Shown piece by piece: positions 34,206 through 49,286 of a stretch of 64,000 nt of DNA. The notes below the pieces were generated by a model. The model saw only the letters and a list, made by a program, of their open reading frames with translations, was not told the origin of the DNA and did not search any database. This DNA is from Thalia democratica (taxonomy: Eukaryota), in the NCBI GenBank assembly GCA_965202585.1, contig OZ241831.1, positions 41,664,001 through 41,728,000 on the forward strand. Direction: 5' to 3'. The position numbers were made by a program, and so were the translations under genes. How positions within the stretch are numbered: the stretch's first letter is position 1; each line of letters begins with the position of its first letter.

Positions 34206-36856
34206 TTATACATCATAAAAACTTAATGGATCAACTTAAAATTTAAATATAAGGATCTATTTGAAACAAATGTCTCCAAGTGCAGTAACCTCTTCAAAAA
34301 TAAGGACCTGTTTTGCAACTAGAACTTTCCTTTAAAAAGAAGTGTAATCATGTAAAATAATTTTTGTTTCATAATAAACCTTGCTTCACAATCATATTTA
34401 GTATAAAATTGTAGGTTTGTTTATAAATTAATGTTTAAAAGTTTCACCACTATCAAGCTCCCATTATGTGAATTCAAATTATTTAAAATTAAGTTTTTTT
34501 AATGTTGTTTAATCTATAATATCATTTGAACATAACATTAACATGGTTGTCACCTTTTAGAGCAAAAAAAGCTTGAAAAGACAGTCTGAGTAGGGATAAA
34601 ATTTTATAAAAAAATTAATTATAACAGTAATAATAATCAAGCTCAAATACTAAAATAATATAAATAGGACTTGATAAAAGATTTGTTTAAGAAAGAATAT
34701 GTTTAAATTCCTTATATTTAAGAAAAGTGTACAAACTATCTAAGTTTTGAAAAAAAAATGTACAAGCTTAAGTTTACTTAGCTGGGTGGCAATTCTGCTT
34801 AAGACATTTGAACAAAAAGTTCAAAAGAGTATTTGATGTGTCACTCTTAAACTAAAACTTTGACTAACCTAAATATAAATTTTTCCCTTAAAAGAAATCA
34901 ATCTTAAGTAAAACATTAATGGGCAGTTGTATGAAAAGTAGTAAAAAATCAAGATTGTAGTCCTGACAGAGATAAAAAAAGGTAAAACTATGAAAATTTT
35001 TATATAAAATGAGAAAAATTAAAGGCAAAAGTGGAAGTAGTACTAACATGCATAATGAAACTTTACTAAGGTTGAGAAGCCATTGAAAAATCTTTATTTT
35101 AGTTCAAAAATTTTTTTAAATGAACTTCAAGAAAAAAAATAACAAACTGAAACTTTTGTAGAAATCTGTTTAAGTGTTAATAAATTTACATGTTTGTTAG
35201 TTAATTAAATTAATGCTAAGTTTAAAACTTAAATTGACAGAACTTTGACAACTATAAAAGTATTAAAGTTGCACATATAATGGGACACTGGAATAGATAT
35301 TTTTGAAGCAGGCTCAATTAATGTTTAAATTTTATTCATATTTAAAACTGTGCATTATTTTAAAATAAAGTTCAGTATACTATTTGACTAACTTAATTTA
35401 ACAGTGTGGCCACTGGTTTATTGTAAATTTCTTCCAGATTTTTAGATATAATTTAATTGTTTATTTTTACTATATAATTAAAACTATATTAAAAACAAAT
35501 GTCTAAAACACTATAGTATCATTAAATAATACTATGGTTATAATTGTTTGTTTTTATTGATAAAGAATTTTATTTTTTAGAGAATTTTTATATCTCAACA
35601 AAATTTTACTACTTCACATGTAAAAGTAGTTCTAAATTCCAGGTTTTTTAGAGGTATTTGTTCAAAACTACAATTTTTTTCAAATTTCACTAACTACAGG
35701 TTATGCAGGGGTTTTTGTAAAATTTGTCTAAAAAGTCAAATTCCAGGTTTTTCAAGGACTCCAGATTTTTTTAGCACCCTGTTTTAATTATATTTTGTAC
35801 CTTTAGTGATTTAGGTAACTATGATTGTATACAACATAATAGTAACTGTAACAAAATTTAGAATAATGTCTTTTAGTATGATGTTAAATTTGGTACAAAA
35901 ACTTGTAAATACAAAAGCAAATTTACATACCTTGAAAGTTTGAAAAGGGAGTTATTCCTGTGGAGCTCTGGGTTTCATTTTGTTTAGGATGACTTTCATC
36001 ATTGAAGATCAGGAGGACAGTGAATATAGTTCTAAAAATTTATAACCTAAAATTAACATAGAATAACAAAATTTTTAAATAAATTTGTAGAGAAGTTTAT
36101 TCAATTTTACAGAATAATTTGATGTCATGGTTTAAATGTCACAACTTACTTGGTTTTAATTGAACATGCCTCTGTGCCAAGGTATAAACAATAAGAGACA
36201 ACAATTGCTTTTTTTTCACTACAAATAATGAAACAACCATTTTAGAAGTGTTAATAAACATTTGAAAATTCGCTAAAAACTAGTACCAGAGAACAGTTTT
36301 ACAATAAACACAAAAAAGGCATATTAATTTCTCGCTAACCTTTCAAGGCTTAAATAACTTAAAGTCAAAAATTGCAAAGCACAAAGTTATAAGCAATAAA
36401 TTATCATTAAACCTAATAGTTTTTTTTTCAGAGCTTTATTTTTTAGCAACTGGATTTTCATAGTTATTGAGTAAGTAAATATATAATAGTTTGTAAGCTA
36501 AGAGCGCTTTGTTAATGATATAATATTTTATTTTGTTGTATAACATTAAATCTACTTTTAAAAAGACTAGTATTAAACAAAAGACAAGACCTGTTTAGGA
36601 AAAATATGAATTACAAAAGCTTTACTTTTATACTACTCAAGTTTAAAACCTAAACATTAATGTTTGTTATTCATACGTTTTTTTAAGTTAATATTTTTTA
36701 GTTATCGGCAATAAATAAGTAAGTTTCAGCTTAAAACATTAGTAAACAATGATTAAAAAAATGTACTAAAATATTACAACTAGGCTTATAATTTTGTAGT
36801 TCGTAGCTATTTATTATATTATTATTATTAAAGCGTTAAAAAACCTTAAATTATAA

Positions 36857-37502
36857 GTCAAGGGACAGATATTTTACCACCAACCTAGATCAATGACAAG
36901 GATATCGCAAATGTGAAAAACTTTGGATACCTTAGCTTCAGACTCCCACCCGTTGATCAAACTCATAGTTAGACACAGAAATAACTAGTCGCATAGGTAA
37001 GGCCTCAGGCACTTTCGCTTGTTTGTCTGCAAGAGTATGGGGTAACCAAAGTTAAGCATTCTTACAAAGTCTAACGTTTATTGTTCCTGTGTATGCAGTA
37101 CTCTGCTATACGGTAGCGAAATAAGGATATTTACTAGCGTCCTGGAGAAGAAAAAACAATACCTTTCATTAACAATGCCTTTGTCGCATCCTTAGAATTG
37201 CATGGAATCAAAAGATCACCAACGAGGAAGTGTTGAGACGTACTTGTGATACTACCATGTGGTTTACCCTCAGTCAGCGCAGGTTTCGCTGGGTCGTTCA
37301 TGTTCTGAGGATGAGTGCTGAGCGAATCCCAAAGTTTGTCAATTGCACACGCTACAGAGGTCGTCCAACATTACGTTTTAACGACGTATGCAAGCGTGAC
37401 CTAAAAAGCTGGAATATAAGAACTGGTGAATGGGAATCGTTTGCAAATGACCGTGCCAAATAAAGATCTACTGTTAACAAAAGTCTGAATGAAAGGAAAA
37501 AA
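36857..37502 (+). mobile_element. RTE LINE relic, copy 2
   Basis: Offset 21732. One private SNP seen at 36919 (a vs c). Confidence 0.85.
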
Positions 37503-40500
37503 GAACTTTAAGAAAACGAAAAAATGAAATGAGAAGCGCAATGAATTTTATCAATTTGATTTTATTTATTTGTATTTTTATTTACTATTGACGCTTTTTT
37601 TAAATGTTTGTTGGATTCTTATAGTAATCTGTTATAGTTATGCTTAAGTTGGATCTTCTTGTCAGTTACATAGTTAGAATTTTTTCAAGGCAAGTAAATT
37701 TTAAAAATTAGACCTGCAAAAATTTAATATTCAGATATCCAACTATTACAGTTTATAAGTTATGCTGAAGTCTAGCGCTGCGGTTGTTTACAAATCTGTT
37801 ACTTTTTTATAGTCAATTAGCTTTTATTTTCAGCTTAAGAATTTGCACAAGTTGTTCTATAACTTGCACAGGCCTACTTAGATAACCAAACTTATACAGA
37901 AGTTAGGCGAACTTGAACATTTTTCTTTTATTTCTAATCTTCGTATACCATAAAAAGTAACTGAAATTTTAAAGAAAGTTTACTAGAAGAGATTTGATCT
38001 CATTTTTTTAATTTAAATTTCAAAGGTTTAAAAAAAGTTTGTTGGTTCCCAGCAAAATTTACTGCTCTAAAGTTGAACTGTCTCTCAAAATAAACTGAAA
38101 ATGTGCCAATTATGTAGTCAACAATACTACCTAAAACTTAAAACTTTTTGAATTATGCCGCTTTTATAACAAGTTTTTACAAAAAATGAATGTTAATTAC
38201 AACTGATACTTAAAAAACTTCAACTTCAGCAAAACAAACTTATTTGTATTAAGTTTTTTGAAACTTTACCTGAACATTGTACTAAAAATATTCTTTTAAT
38301 TATCGAACGTTGGCTAAAAATTAATTTTAAAGGTAAAATACGTTTATACAATTAATTTTAGAAATAAAAATTCTATAAAACCAAAAACTAATAAACTTAA
38401 TTAAGATATCAGCCTTTGTTTTATCTTTTTATAGTGAGTCTTTAATTACAACTTATTAAAAGCATAATAGAACAACAAATACATTGTTACATTAGCGGTT
38501 ATTATACACAATGGAAGTTAAAAGTGAAAACAGATATGTTAAGTTACTAACTATTTGATTAAAGTAAACGTTTTCCGTATTCGTAAATTAAATCTTTGTT
38601 TTTGTTGCATAAATTATTTTATTATTCATGAAAGTCACAAGCTAAACTTTAAAAATATGATGATTGACCTAAGAAACTATTTGATATTTTTCTAATTAAG
38701 TTAATATTATTCAAGATATTGGTAAACTTCGGCCTATGGTAAAAACGTAGAAAGCAAACTAAAAACTGCTGCAGGTACTTTTAAGCTTAAACTGTACTTG
38801 TTTGAAACAATTTAGAAAAAGTTAAAACCCAAAACTTATTGATAGTTATTACTCAACTATTGTTTTTTGTTTAAATACCATTTATTTAGAATTTAGATAG
38901 TTATATTTATTATGATTAAAATATTATTGAAACAACTGCAGTCCCGCAAGACTTATTTTTATACTAGGGGTACGCAACGTTTTTCTATATACGGGCCGGA
39001 TCCGGAAAAAATTATTCTTTAGCGGGCCGGAGCATTTTGAGTTAGTGATTTACCGGATCCAGCCGAATAATGAGTTTTTAGATTTGAATCCGACTAGATA
39101 CTTATTTTAAGTCGAGATACGGATCTGGTCGGATTCTTATGTAAATAAAAGTTTCGGATCCGGCCATAATTTAATTTTATGGATACAGTTGATCACTTTT
39201 TTACATCCTTCAAATTGAAAAAACTTTCTCAAGTCTGACAACTTAAGATGTAGATTGAGACATGTCAGAATTTTAAATAATGTCTATAAGTAGAATTGAC
39301 ATTGTAATTGACAAAGGTACGTATGTAAAAAAAAAAACACTTTGCTTGGGATATTTCACTAAAAGATATTCTAACTAATTTAGAGCAACACAAAATATTA
39401 GGACAAAATAGTGTGTTTATTAGTACACATTATTTTATAAAGTAGTTTTTTATCATATTTTTTTAGTCAAATTCTTACAGTGATTTGTAAAAATATGATA
39501 CAAAGTTTTATACAAGTTTTGTAATATTGACCCTTTGCAGGCCTGTAAATTTTCTAGCGGGCCAGTAATTTTCATTTGCGGGCCGGATCCGGCCCGAGGG
39601 CCGTACGTTAGCCACTTTTTAAGGAAGCTTGGCTTGTTACTTGTAAAAGACTGCTGACACCTGTTTGTATACTAGTTTTTAATTTAAACATAATATTTTA
39701 ATTATTTAGATCAATCAAATATTACGACAAATATCTCTACTACAGGGTTTTCAAAACTTTTTTTAAAAAACCCCTTTAAAGAAGTTAAAAAAGCTATGGC
39801 CTCATCCAACAAGATTTTTCGAAAAACTACCATTAAAAGCAATTAATTTTTTTTAGCTACTTAACATCAACTTTTTGACTAGTAGTTGTAACTTAGATAA
39901 AGTATTTATGTTACTGTTAAATATAAAAAGGTAAAAAAAGCTACACTAACAATTCAACAACGACTGAATGTTTCGGGGAGAACCTGTAGATAAAAAGCCA
40001 CTCAAGGGTTTGATCTGGACAAAGAAATGAGGAAATCTTTTACGAATGTAAGGGGTTGCTGCTAAGTAGAGCGATAGGTTGCATTTCGACTGAAATGATG
40101 CAATATAAGACGTAACAATTGGATGAATAGCAAACTTCGACTTAAAAGATGAAAAAGATGACGTAACAATTGAAAATCTTCGTAATTTTAAAATGACACA
40201 ATACTGGCAACTTTGTTCCTTACATTACGGGAAGCGCGCTGCATTAAGCAAAACTAAGCTTTTATGCCAAAATTATTCAAGAAAATTAGCTTTCCTTTTG
40301 GGGAAAATTTACTTTTGCGCTGAAACTTCATACACTTTAACTGGGTAAGCTGTCAAATTTGCACGAGCGTACAAAATTGCACGAGTGCACAAAATCGCTA
40401 AAATAAACTTTTGCACGAAGACACTATGCACGAGGGAATAAAATTGCACGACAATACATTTGCACGGGTTATTTTTTTCTTATTTAATTTATTTTTTTTA

Positions 40501-42614
40501 TTATCACTTTTTACCCTAACGCTTACCCTCGGTCGAAGAATCGAAACGTAGATGCCTAATAAAGTTTTTCATACTGTAATGAAATCAATATTTGATTTTA
40601 TTATTTTAAATAAATAAGTTAAAAAGGAGTTTTTTGTTTCGACGGCGTAAAACATTCATAATTCTTAGAAATAAGTTATTTTAAACCGAAAACAATAATG
40701 AGCTTTCTGAAAACAATTTTCCAAGTTTTTAAAACATCATTGTTTACTCGAAGAAGTTAGTTTCTTTCCAGTGCGTGTATATTGGTGTTTGTGTTTCAAA
40801 TACGCGTTAGTTAGTTAAGTTTTTGTGCGTTTCGTACGCCGTCTTAAGTCACGATGATGATCAACGCAACATCAAGTTAAGTTCAAGCCAATGAAGTAAA
40901 ATCTACATCGAAAAAAGTATACGTTTTCTAGTGAAGAATAAGTTACACATTGTCAAGCAACCAGAACACCTAGTCGTGTCTAAGAACATGAATCTAAACG
41001 AGTTCCTTGATCGAACAATTCATTGTCGAGACCATAAGTATTTTTGCATACATTTTATTATAATAGACCATTTGTTTATTAACTAATACAGTTCTTTCTT
41101 GAGTTTTAAAATGCTACTTGACATTAATTCATAGAGCGTTTCAATCATGACTTGGTAACAAGTTACTTTAAGTTTTGTAACTTTAGTATTGTAAGCTGCT
41201 TTTAAGTAAAGCAGTCAGTTTAGCTTAAGTACTTAGAAACCATGTTTAAGACGATAAACATAATCAGTTTAATAAATATTGTTCTGTGGTTATAATACTT
41301 TACTATGTTTTCAATAATATTTAATTCAATCTAAAACGATGTAAAAAATGTTTATCTTTAAGAAGTAGCAATAATTGGGTTATAACTTAACAATACTAAA
41401 TACAAAAAAAAAAATTGTTTAAAAAATAATGAAGATTAACAGTTGTACTCCAAAAGCAAAAAATAAAAAAAGGATCAAAAAAAATATATGTTTGTTAAAA
41501 ATAAAATCTATTAAAAGGTATAGAAAATTTATATGTATAAATTTTTTTTGCCCTTATAACTATATTTTAACCACTAAAAATACACCTAAAATTGAGTTTT
41601 TATTCTTAATAGTTTAAGTTTACTAGTTGTATAAAAGGTTTTTTAATTTGGTCATAATAGGACCCGTAATTAACCTGTTTTCAAGGGCAAACTCTTATTG
41701 TCTTGTTTTGTCGAAACCATGTTACAAGGTTTTATAAAAATTTCGTAATATTATCTTTGGCGGGCCGGATTTCACAATGTGCTTTTTTCACATTTTATAT
41801 TGTAAAAACGTGTTGCAAATTTATCTAATTTTTTTTTCGTACTGATTGTTTAAGACGTTGTGGTTAGTTTTAACAAGTTACTGATTTTATTTTGCTGAAC
41901 TATGATTTTTTTATTCTATTTGAAAATTACTTCTATAATGTCTTAAAATAAATTATAAAAGTTATTGCTAGTTGCTTATTTTACAGAACTAACTGCACGA
42001 AAACTTTTCTCTATAGTTATTTTATTTAATAAGTAATATTATATATATTAAAACCTTAGAAACCAATCATAGAAAAAAAATAAAAGGACTTCTTAAATGA
42101 TAACAAGTGTTATGCAGAAATTTGAGACATGATTAAATCAAAAACATAATTATTTAAACAAAAAAGTAAAATGGATTTTAAATAACACTTATCAACTACT
42201 AGTTTTTATGATTGTTGTTTGTCGCTTATTTTATATATTTATCGTATTTTTTGTTTTTATTTTTATACGTTTGCTTATCTTAGTTAAATTACTAATCAAT
42301 TTATCTATAATTATGTAATTATAAACTGGTAATCTGTCTCTAATTGATTTTGCTTAACTATGCTAATTAGTATTAATTGAATATTTTCTAATTAAACCTC
42401 TAAATGTTTATTTACTCAAAATTTATCTTTAAAATTAGTTGCTAACAAAAGAAGTTGATAATTATTAGCTAAAATCGATTTTACTTGTTTGTTTATAAAA
42501 ATATTTTTTTAAAGGAATCATGTCTCAAATTTCTAATTAACATATGTATTACAAAAAAGTTATATAGTAGCAAGTAAAAATAATTATGTTATGTTTATTT
42601 TATAATTTGTACGC

Positions 42615-43570
42615 TTAATTTTTTTCGGTCTCTAGTGACGTATTTCTCGATAAGCAGTTTTTTGAATTACACGCACAATCAAAATCACGAAAATACCCTT
42701 CTCCGTACCAAATGAAGAGTTGCTCACTAGCTCTGATAGCTTTTTTGCTGATGATAAAGTTCCTAGGAATTCCATTGATCAGAGCGTACTCTGTCCTGCA
42801 ATTTAATTTATCTTCGCAATCGTGGTTAATGAACCTGGTATGGTTGCCCATTGCGCCCGCGTCAATATCAAAATTCGTGCATGTGCTGAAATAGTAGTTG
42901 GTAGCCCCTTTATTCTCACGCCACCTTTTAGTCTTTTCTTCTTTTGAAATAAGCTCGCCTGTATACTCTCCTATTATTGAGTCTGAAAATCAACAAATAA
43001 TAAGTTTAATATCCAAGCTAGTAGTTTAATTTAAGAATTATTTAGTCAAAATTTTCATTATAACAAAAAAAAGTTGTACATTGAAAAAAAAGTTAAACAA
43101 TGAAACTTACTTGCTGGTATAGCATGCTTAGCGAACAGCCCACGGCCCATTTTACCACTAAGATTGTCCACATAAAAATGTTTTTCAGGATCGTCAAGGC
43201 AGTCATGATTGAACTTTTTTAAACTATCCAGTTCAATAAAAGAAGCTACATGTTTTATCTCATCCAAATAAGTATCGCTTCCAATCACGAGGTGGTTCGT
43301 CCAAACATGATGCTTCTCTGTATTGAAATGATAGTAAGGATCAAAAACGTCGTCAGGCCCTTCCTTGAATGTCCTTTTAACTTCGAATTTTCCCTCCAAA
43401 GCAATTTTCTTCCATTTTTGCTTGCTTGACGATCGTATTTTAATGCTGAGTGGTGCAAATTTTTTCAACGTATTCCTGATTGGAACACTTCTTATAACGG
43501 CCTTCCTTGCTGTCTGCTTTTTGTAGCTTTTTATTCCTGATTGCTTATAAAAACTTGTTTTTACTGGCAT
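42615..43570 (-). CDS. SET-domain lysine methyltransferase, copy 2: complement(join(42615..42982,43111..43570))
   Basis: Same splice sites and identical ORF translations as copy 1 (offset 21732). Confidence 0.92.
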
Positions 43571-45293
43571 TTTATAGTTGAGAAATTTAGCATATAAATG
43601 ACTATAAATATGTTAGATAAGTAATTTAAGAAACTTATACTGTTATAATATATTTTATATCCGCAGTATGTATCATAAGTTTATCTAAAGCTTGAAAATT
43701 TCGAATGATACTTCAACCTTTTTCATATAAACCAGGAAAAACAAATGAGTTATTAGATAAAAATCTAAAACATTATACATAAAGAGTAATATACCAGATT
43801 TTATAAATAAAACAAGTTATTATTAAATTGAGTTTTAGAAAATTCTGAATTTTAAAATGTTATTATACCATACCTGATTCCCACATCAACAGTTTTTTTT
43901 TTTAAGTGTTAAATAAACAAATTAAAATAGCAACTATTATCAAATCCCTGTAAAAGATGATTAATAATTGATTAAGAAAATGAAGGTAGAGATGGATACC
44001 GAACTCAGATACAAAAACCAAGTTGTAAGAAATGCAAGAAATGATAATAAACTATCAACCTAGGAAAAGATAATTGTCAATTAGAATATAAAATGCAATT
44101 GAAGCTTACAAAAAAAGAATAAGTTACAGCAGATAATGAAAAATAAACAGCAGGTCTTATCAGTAATGAGAGAAAAAAGTATACTGTGAATCATTGCTAG
44201 TGAAACTGCAAAGCATGAAAAAAATCTGTTATCTAATGTTAACAAAATTGAGAACTTTCAAAGGAATTTCAATTTTTAAACACAGGGTGTATCAATTGAA
44301 AGATAATGAGAAATCTAAAAATACTAACAAAGTATTACTAGAAAATAGTATTACTGTTCAACAAATTTATTTAATATTATTATTAATTTAATAAAGTGTT
44401 GGAAGGAACAAAAAAGAAAGTTAATAAAATAATAAACATTTATAAAATTAAACTTGTTAAATATAACAACTTTAAACAAAATGACTGTTCACTTGACTTA
44501 TTATATATATACACTCCTAAAACATAAATCTAACAACAAATATAACTACATAACCTGAAACTTTATCTATACTAAGTTAACTTAACACTAACCTTAACAA
44601 CTGAAAACAACTTTTTTTATGTTCGCATGCGTGTAATTGAACATTTGTGGTTTGTGGTGTGACCTCAGAACTCGAGACAACACTGTTGGGCATAGTATTT
44701 TGAGAGAATTTAGGGTTTTATAACCCGCGACGAGTTCAAAAGACTTTTTTGCTTAAATAATTTTCAAATGTTTAGGCTAACCCAGAACATCGACACCTTG
44801 TGATGAATTTCCCGTATTTTTTTTAAGTCTTGTTTTTCTAAAAGCGAAATGGTGCAATTCCGTGGATTTGAACTTACCAGGAACAAAAGAACTAGAAAAA
44901 ACTTACCAGGAATAAAAGAAGGCAGGGATATAAATCTAAAAAAAGTAAAGAAAACATTTAATGCTAAAGTTTAATATAAATGAGGTTAAAATTAAACTAT
45001 GTTTCTCAATAACAGAGTTTTTATTTGTTCTCTTTCTAACAATAAAATAAACAAAGAATACTTTTCAAGTGAGTCATATGATTTTTTAAATTGTTTTTTT
45101 CGAAATACTTTTTAATTTTTGTTATGATCAATATAAAGCTTTTGATAGTAATAGTGGTATTCTAATTACAGAACTTAATTTTGATATTGAGACTGGACAA
45201 ACTTTTGTTAGTTCACAATACATATCTAGTAACGTTAATCCATTTTAGTTTATAGTAAATGAAACTGAAAAACTACAAATATAATAAGATAAA

Positions 45294-45527
45294 ACAAATC
45301 TTCCTAAACAACAGTGTTTAACAGTTACTTGCATATAAAAGATTTTAGAAAAGCTTAGCAGTAACATAATAGAATCGCTGGAAACAACTAGTGTTGATAT
45401 TAAAGTAGCCTTCAGAACAGATTTAGTTGGAAACTATTTCTCATTGAAAGATCGAATGGATAAATTTTACAGGAGTTGCATCGTTTACAAGTTTCAATGT
45501 CCGGGTGACCTGGATACCCAATTCAAG
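45294..45527 (+). mobile_element. Penelope-like relic, copy 3
   Basis: Offset 44197 from copy 1, same sequence. Confidence 0.65.
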
Positions 45528-48500
45528 TATAACTCTATAATAAAAAAAATAAAAAAAAAAGTTAAAGGGAAAAAATGTACCAGATAAAATATTTCTAAAG
45601 TTTAACTTAAGGTAAGTTCTAAACCTAGGATATCTAAAGCCGTGTTTACATTTACAAAATAAATAATAAGCTATTCAAAACTATTTGCAAAAACAGTTTT
45701 AAAAGTCAAGTAAAGGTAAAACATAATAAAAAACTGAGAAATAAATTAAAATATCAAAATTAGTCTAAAAAACATACTTTGAAACAAACATTCTAATTAA
45801 CATAAAGCAAAACACTCTTAAATAAAAATTAAATGTATTTTTTTAAATTTAAAGAGTTATCAATGAAATATGCAACAAAAACAAAAAGAAAACTACTTCC
45901 TACTTAAAATTTAAATAAATAAAGTTGTTTTCAAAGCTAATTGATATAGTTTATAAACATAACACAAGATTTGCTTATTAGTAAACAGACATGTCAGTAA
46001 CATAAATCAATCAAAAATAATGCAGTAATAAAAAATACAGCAGAAACAGTTTCATCTGGTATGATGCGACAAATGTTGAAGTATATAACGTTACAAAAAT
46101 TTAAACTCAAAGAAAGCCAGTAGTGAGGATTAGATATCAGTCAAATTCTTAAAAAAGGCAACATTGTATCTCTAGTAACTAAAAAAAACTAATTAGTCAG
46201 GTATCCTGTGAAACTAAATATCCAAATAGTTTAAAAGTAGCAAAAGTAATACAAATACTCCAGTCAGGCTCAAAAACGTTAACAAGAAAATATAGATTAT
46301 AGTTCATTTTATCTAATTTAAACAAATCTACAATAAAAACTTATACAATAGTTCCATAACAGTTTGTAAATTTATTTACTAAATACAATAACCAATTTTT
46401 TTTTCAGATCAGGCTAGTCTACCACCTTAGCTTTTATTCTTTAGCTTTTGAACTATCTTGCTTATTTACGCACATTGTGTCCACAGAAAAAATGCGTAAA
46501 GATATGAGAGATCGTAAAGATACGAGAAGTACCAAATATACTTACTGTATTGGATGTTTTTTGACACTTGTTTACTTTATTTATAAATATGAAAATAAAC
46601 TATACATATATTAAAAAGAAGGATTTAAATTTATAAAGAATAATAGTATTTGTAGAAAAATTTTACTAATTTTAATAATATGTATATTTTACCTTTATCT
46701 TTATTTATATGAGACTTATTTGATACTTAACATTTGTATTCTATTTTACTTAGCGAATTAAATTTATAATTAAGCATTTGTTTTCAATTAAGAAATGGTG
46801 TTGGCAAGAGTGTTGTAGTATGTGTTTGTGTTTTAAAGTCTCATTATTTCATTATACTTTCATTATTTAACACAGTCATATTTCTTTCAGAGTTTTTATT
46901 TAATCTCTTATTGTTAACAAAATTTCTTATATATTGAGGTATAACTAAATGTTTATTAATTAGTCAAGGAACATAAGTTTACTAAGTCTAAAGATGTAGA
47001 GTGGTGAGTTAGCATTTAATAATATATTTTAAATTAAAATTATACAATAAATCTAATTTGTGAAATATTAAAAAATACTAGAATTTTTATTTTTTGAATT
47101 TTTTAGAATTTTAAAATGCGTAACTAAACGAGAGTGCGTAACGTCACGAGTGCGTAAAGATCCGAGAGGATATTGTAATTGAAGAAGCTCTATATTAATT
47201 TATTATAGGTAAAGCTTAATTTAATGATCAGTTTTACTAGATGTAAGTAAACTTTTAAATCTTGATAGTGTTAGTAGAGAAGTTTTGTTTAAAACTTAGA
47301 TTTCTATAGCAGTGGTATTCAAGCTAATCAAGTTTTGTGTACACCAACCTGAAAAAAAACATCGGTTTGTCCCAAGATATAATTTTTAAAAGCGCCGCTA
47401 GTGGTGGGTCTTCGTAAAATTTTTTAGTAACATGTTTCTCTCTAAAGCGATATCTTAACTTATGTTGTGATACTATTATTTATGTTAATGAGATATGTTT
47501 TCATTGAACCCACTAGCGGCGCTAATATATCATAATTAAGTTTATTTCTACATGCAAACCTTTTAATAACTCAAGCTGAATCTTGTTATTTAATCCTAAT
47601 TTAAATGTACTTTTCTATTTGGTTTGCCTTATTTTTACAATGAGATTTTAGTTATATGGTTTTGTCTTACATAAATATCATTTGAACACATCTTCGCAAC
47701 CACTACAAATCCCCAGTAGAGTACTTTTAAAATATTTTATTTAACATTAACTACATACTTAAACTAATTCTATGTCTTTAACTTTTTGTGTATTACCTAC
47801 TTCAAAAAATGATATTCAAACAGAAAAATAACACATGAAAAAGGAGTTAAAAACAGATAAATTCTAAATTATGTATATGTTGTTGCTCTCCGTACAGTTG
47901 CTGTAGACATTGTTTCTTTCATAGACTAAATTTTTGCACTTCAAGAAGTTCAGGGTTGTATATGATTGTCACTTCTTTCTGGTAAAAAAACTAAAACCTG
48001 AAAATTGAAAAATGTTTTGTTGTGAAGTTTATTACATATAACTAGTACATACTATACTATAAGTTTTAACTAGGCTTAGCATTTAATATAGAGTTTTTCA
48101 CTCTTTCAAGTAAAAAAGCAATTCTGATTGACCTACAACCAGTTTGTATTTCTTTAAGCTAGTTTAAAATAAGAAAATGTTTATCTATGTTGGCTAAAAA
48201 CTCAATATCAAATTAAAAATCATATGTGAATAAAACAGTAATTAACTCAACAAATACTTAATTGAAAAAATAGTTTAACATTCAGAAAAATATCAAACTA
48301 GTCTAAATTTAAATTAGCTTTTACTAAATGCTACAAACTGTTACTCTATATGCTACTTATGCAAACTTTGGATGGTATTAGTGAGGATATTTTATACTAA
48401 TGAACAAATACACAACTTAACAATAGTATAAAGGACATCATGTTTAAAAAATACTTTAAAGGGAGACAAATCCATAACAAAGATTTTAAATCTGAGATAA

Positions 48501-49286
48501 TATATTTTAAGAAATGTAAGCCTAGACCAGGGGTCGGCAGGCAGTTTGTGCTCGCAGGCCAAATTTCGAGTTTCAAAAATTTTAGTGGGCCGCAGTTTTG
48601 GTTTTAGTGATATGCAAAAAATATTATGGTTCTAGTTTTATTAACAATTTTAGGTTACTTTTATTCAGTTTGTTGTTTTAAAATGATTTTAGCTACACAT
48701 AGAATACCTAAAAAACTTATAAACATTTATTGGAATCAAAATTTCATTGACTAATATAGTTTAGTCTTAATAAACCATGTAATATTTAAACAGTTAGTAG
48801 GTTTAATTTACTGTTTTGTAGATAATAAATTATAGTACTAAATAACTTTTAAACCTAGCTTACAATACCTACAAACAGAATTCAAAAAGAAGAGAGCGGT
48901 TTGTTAAAAAAATAAAATTAAGAAATTATTTATATCTAAGTGTACTTCGACATAACTAGTTTTTTTTAAATTTTAGTTTAAATTAAGTAAATAATGAATT
49001 GCCACGGTTTGGATTTGCAGCGTTCTTTTGCCTTTTCATGCAAGCTGTCTGTTGAAAATGGTATCTGTTCTTGAGTCTTAGTACGTACTTTACGAGAGTG
49101 CGTACCTGCTCTATGTATGTAGTGTAGCTGGTAAACTTTATATACAATGAGCAAGATTAATACAAGGATAAATAAGTGCATGTGATGAAAAAAAGAATAG
49201 TTTGACTCTCTTGAGGTAGCCAAAATACAATATTTTCAACAGCAACATTTGAGCATCATACGCGTATACATAGTGTTACACTATTA

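Larger units (their letters stand above)
22466..44197 (+). repeat. Tandem unit, copy 2 (short variant, 21,732 bp)
   Basis: Offset to copy 1 is 22465 before 24482 and 21732 after 25293. The net 733-bp loss is fully accounted for by indels in the diverged patch. Confidence 0.97.
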
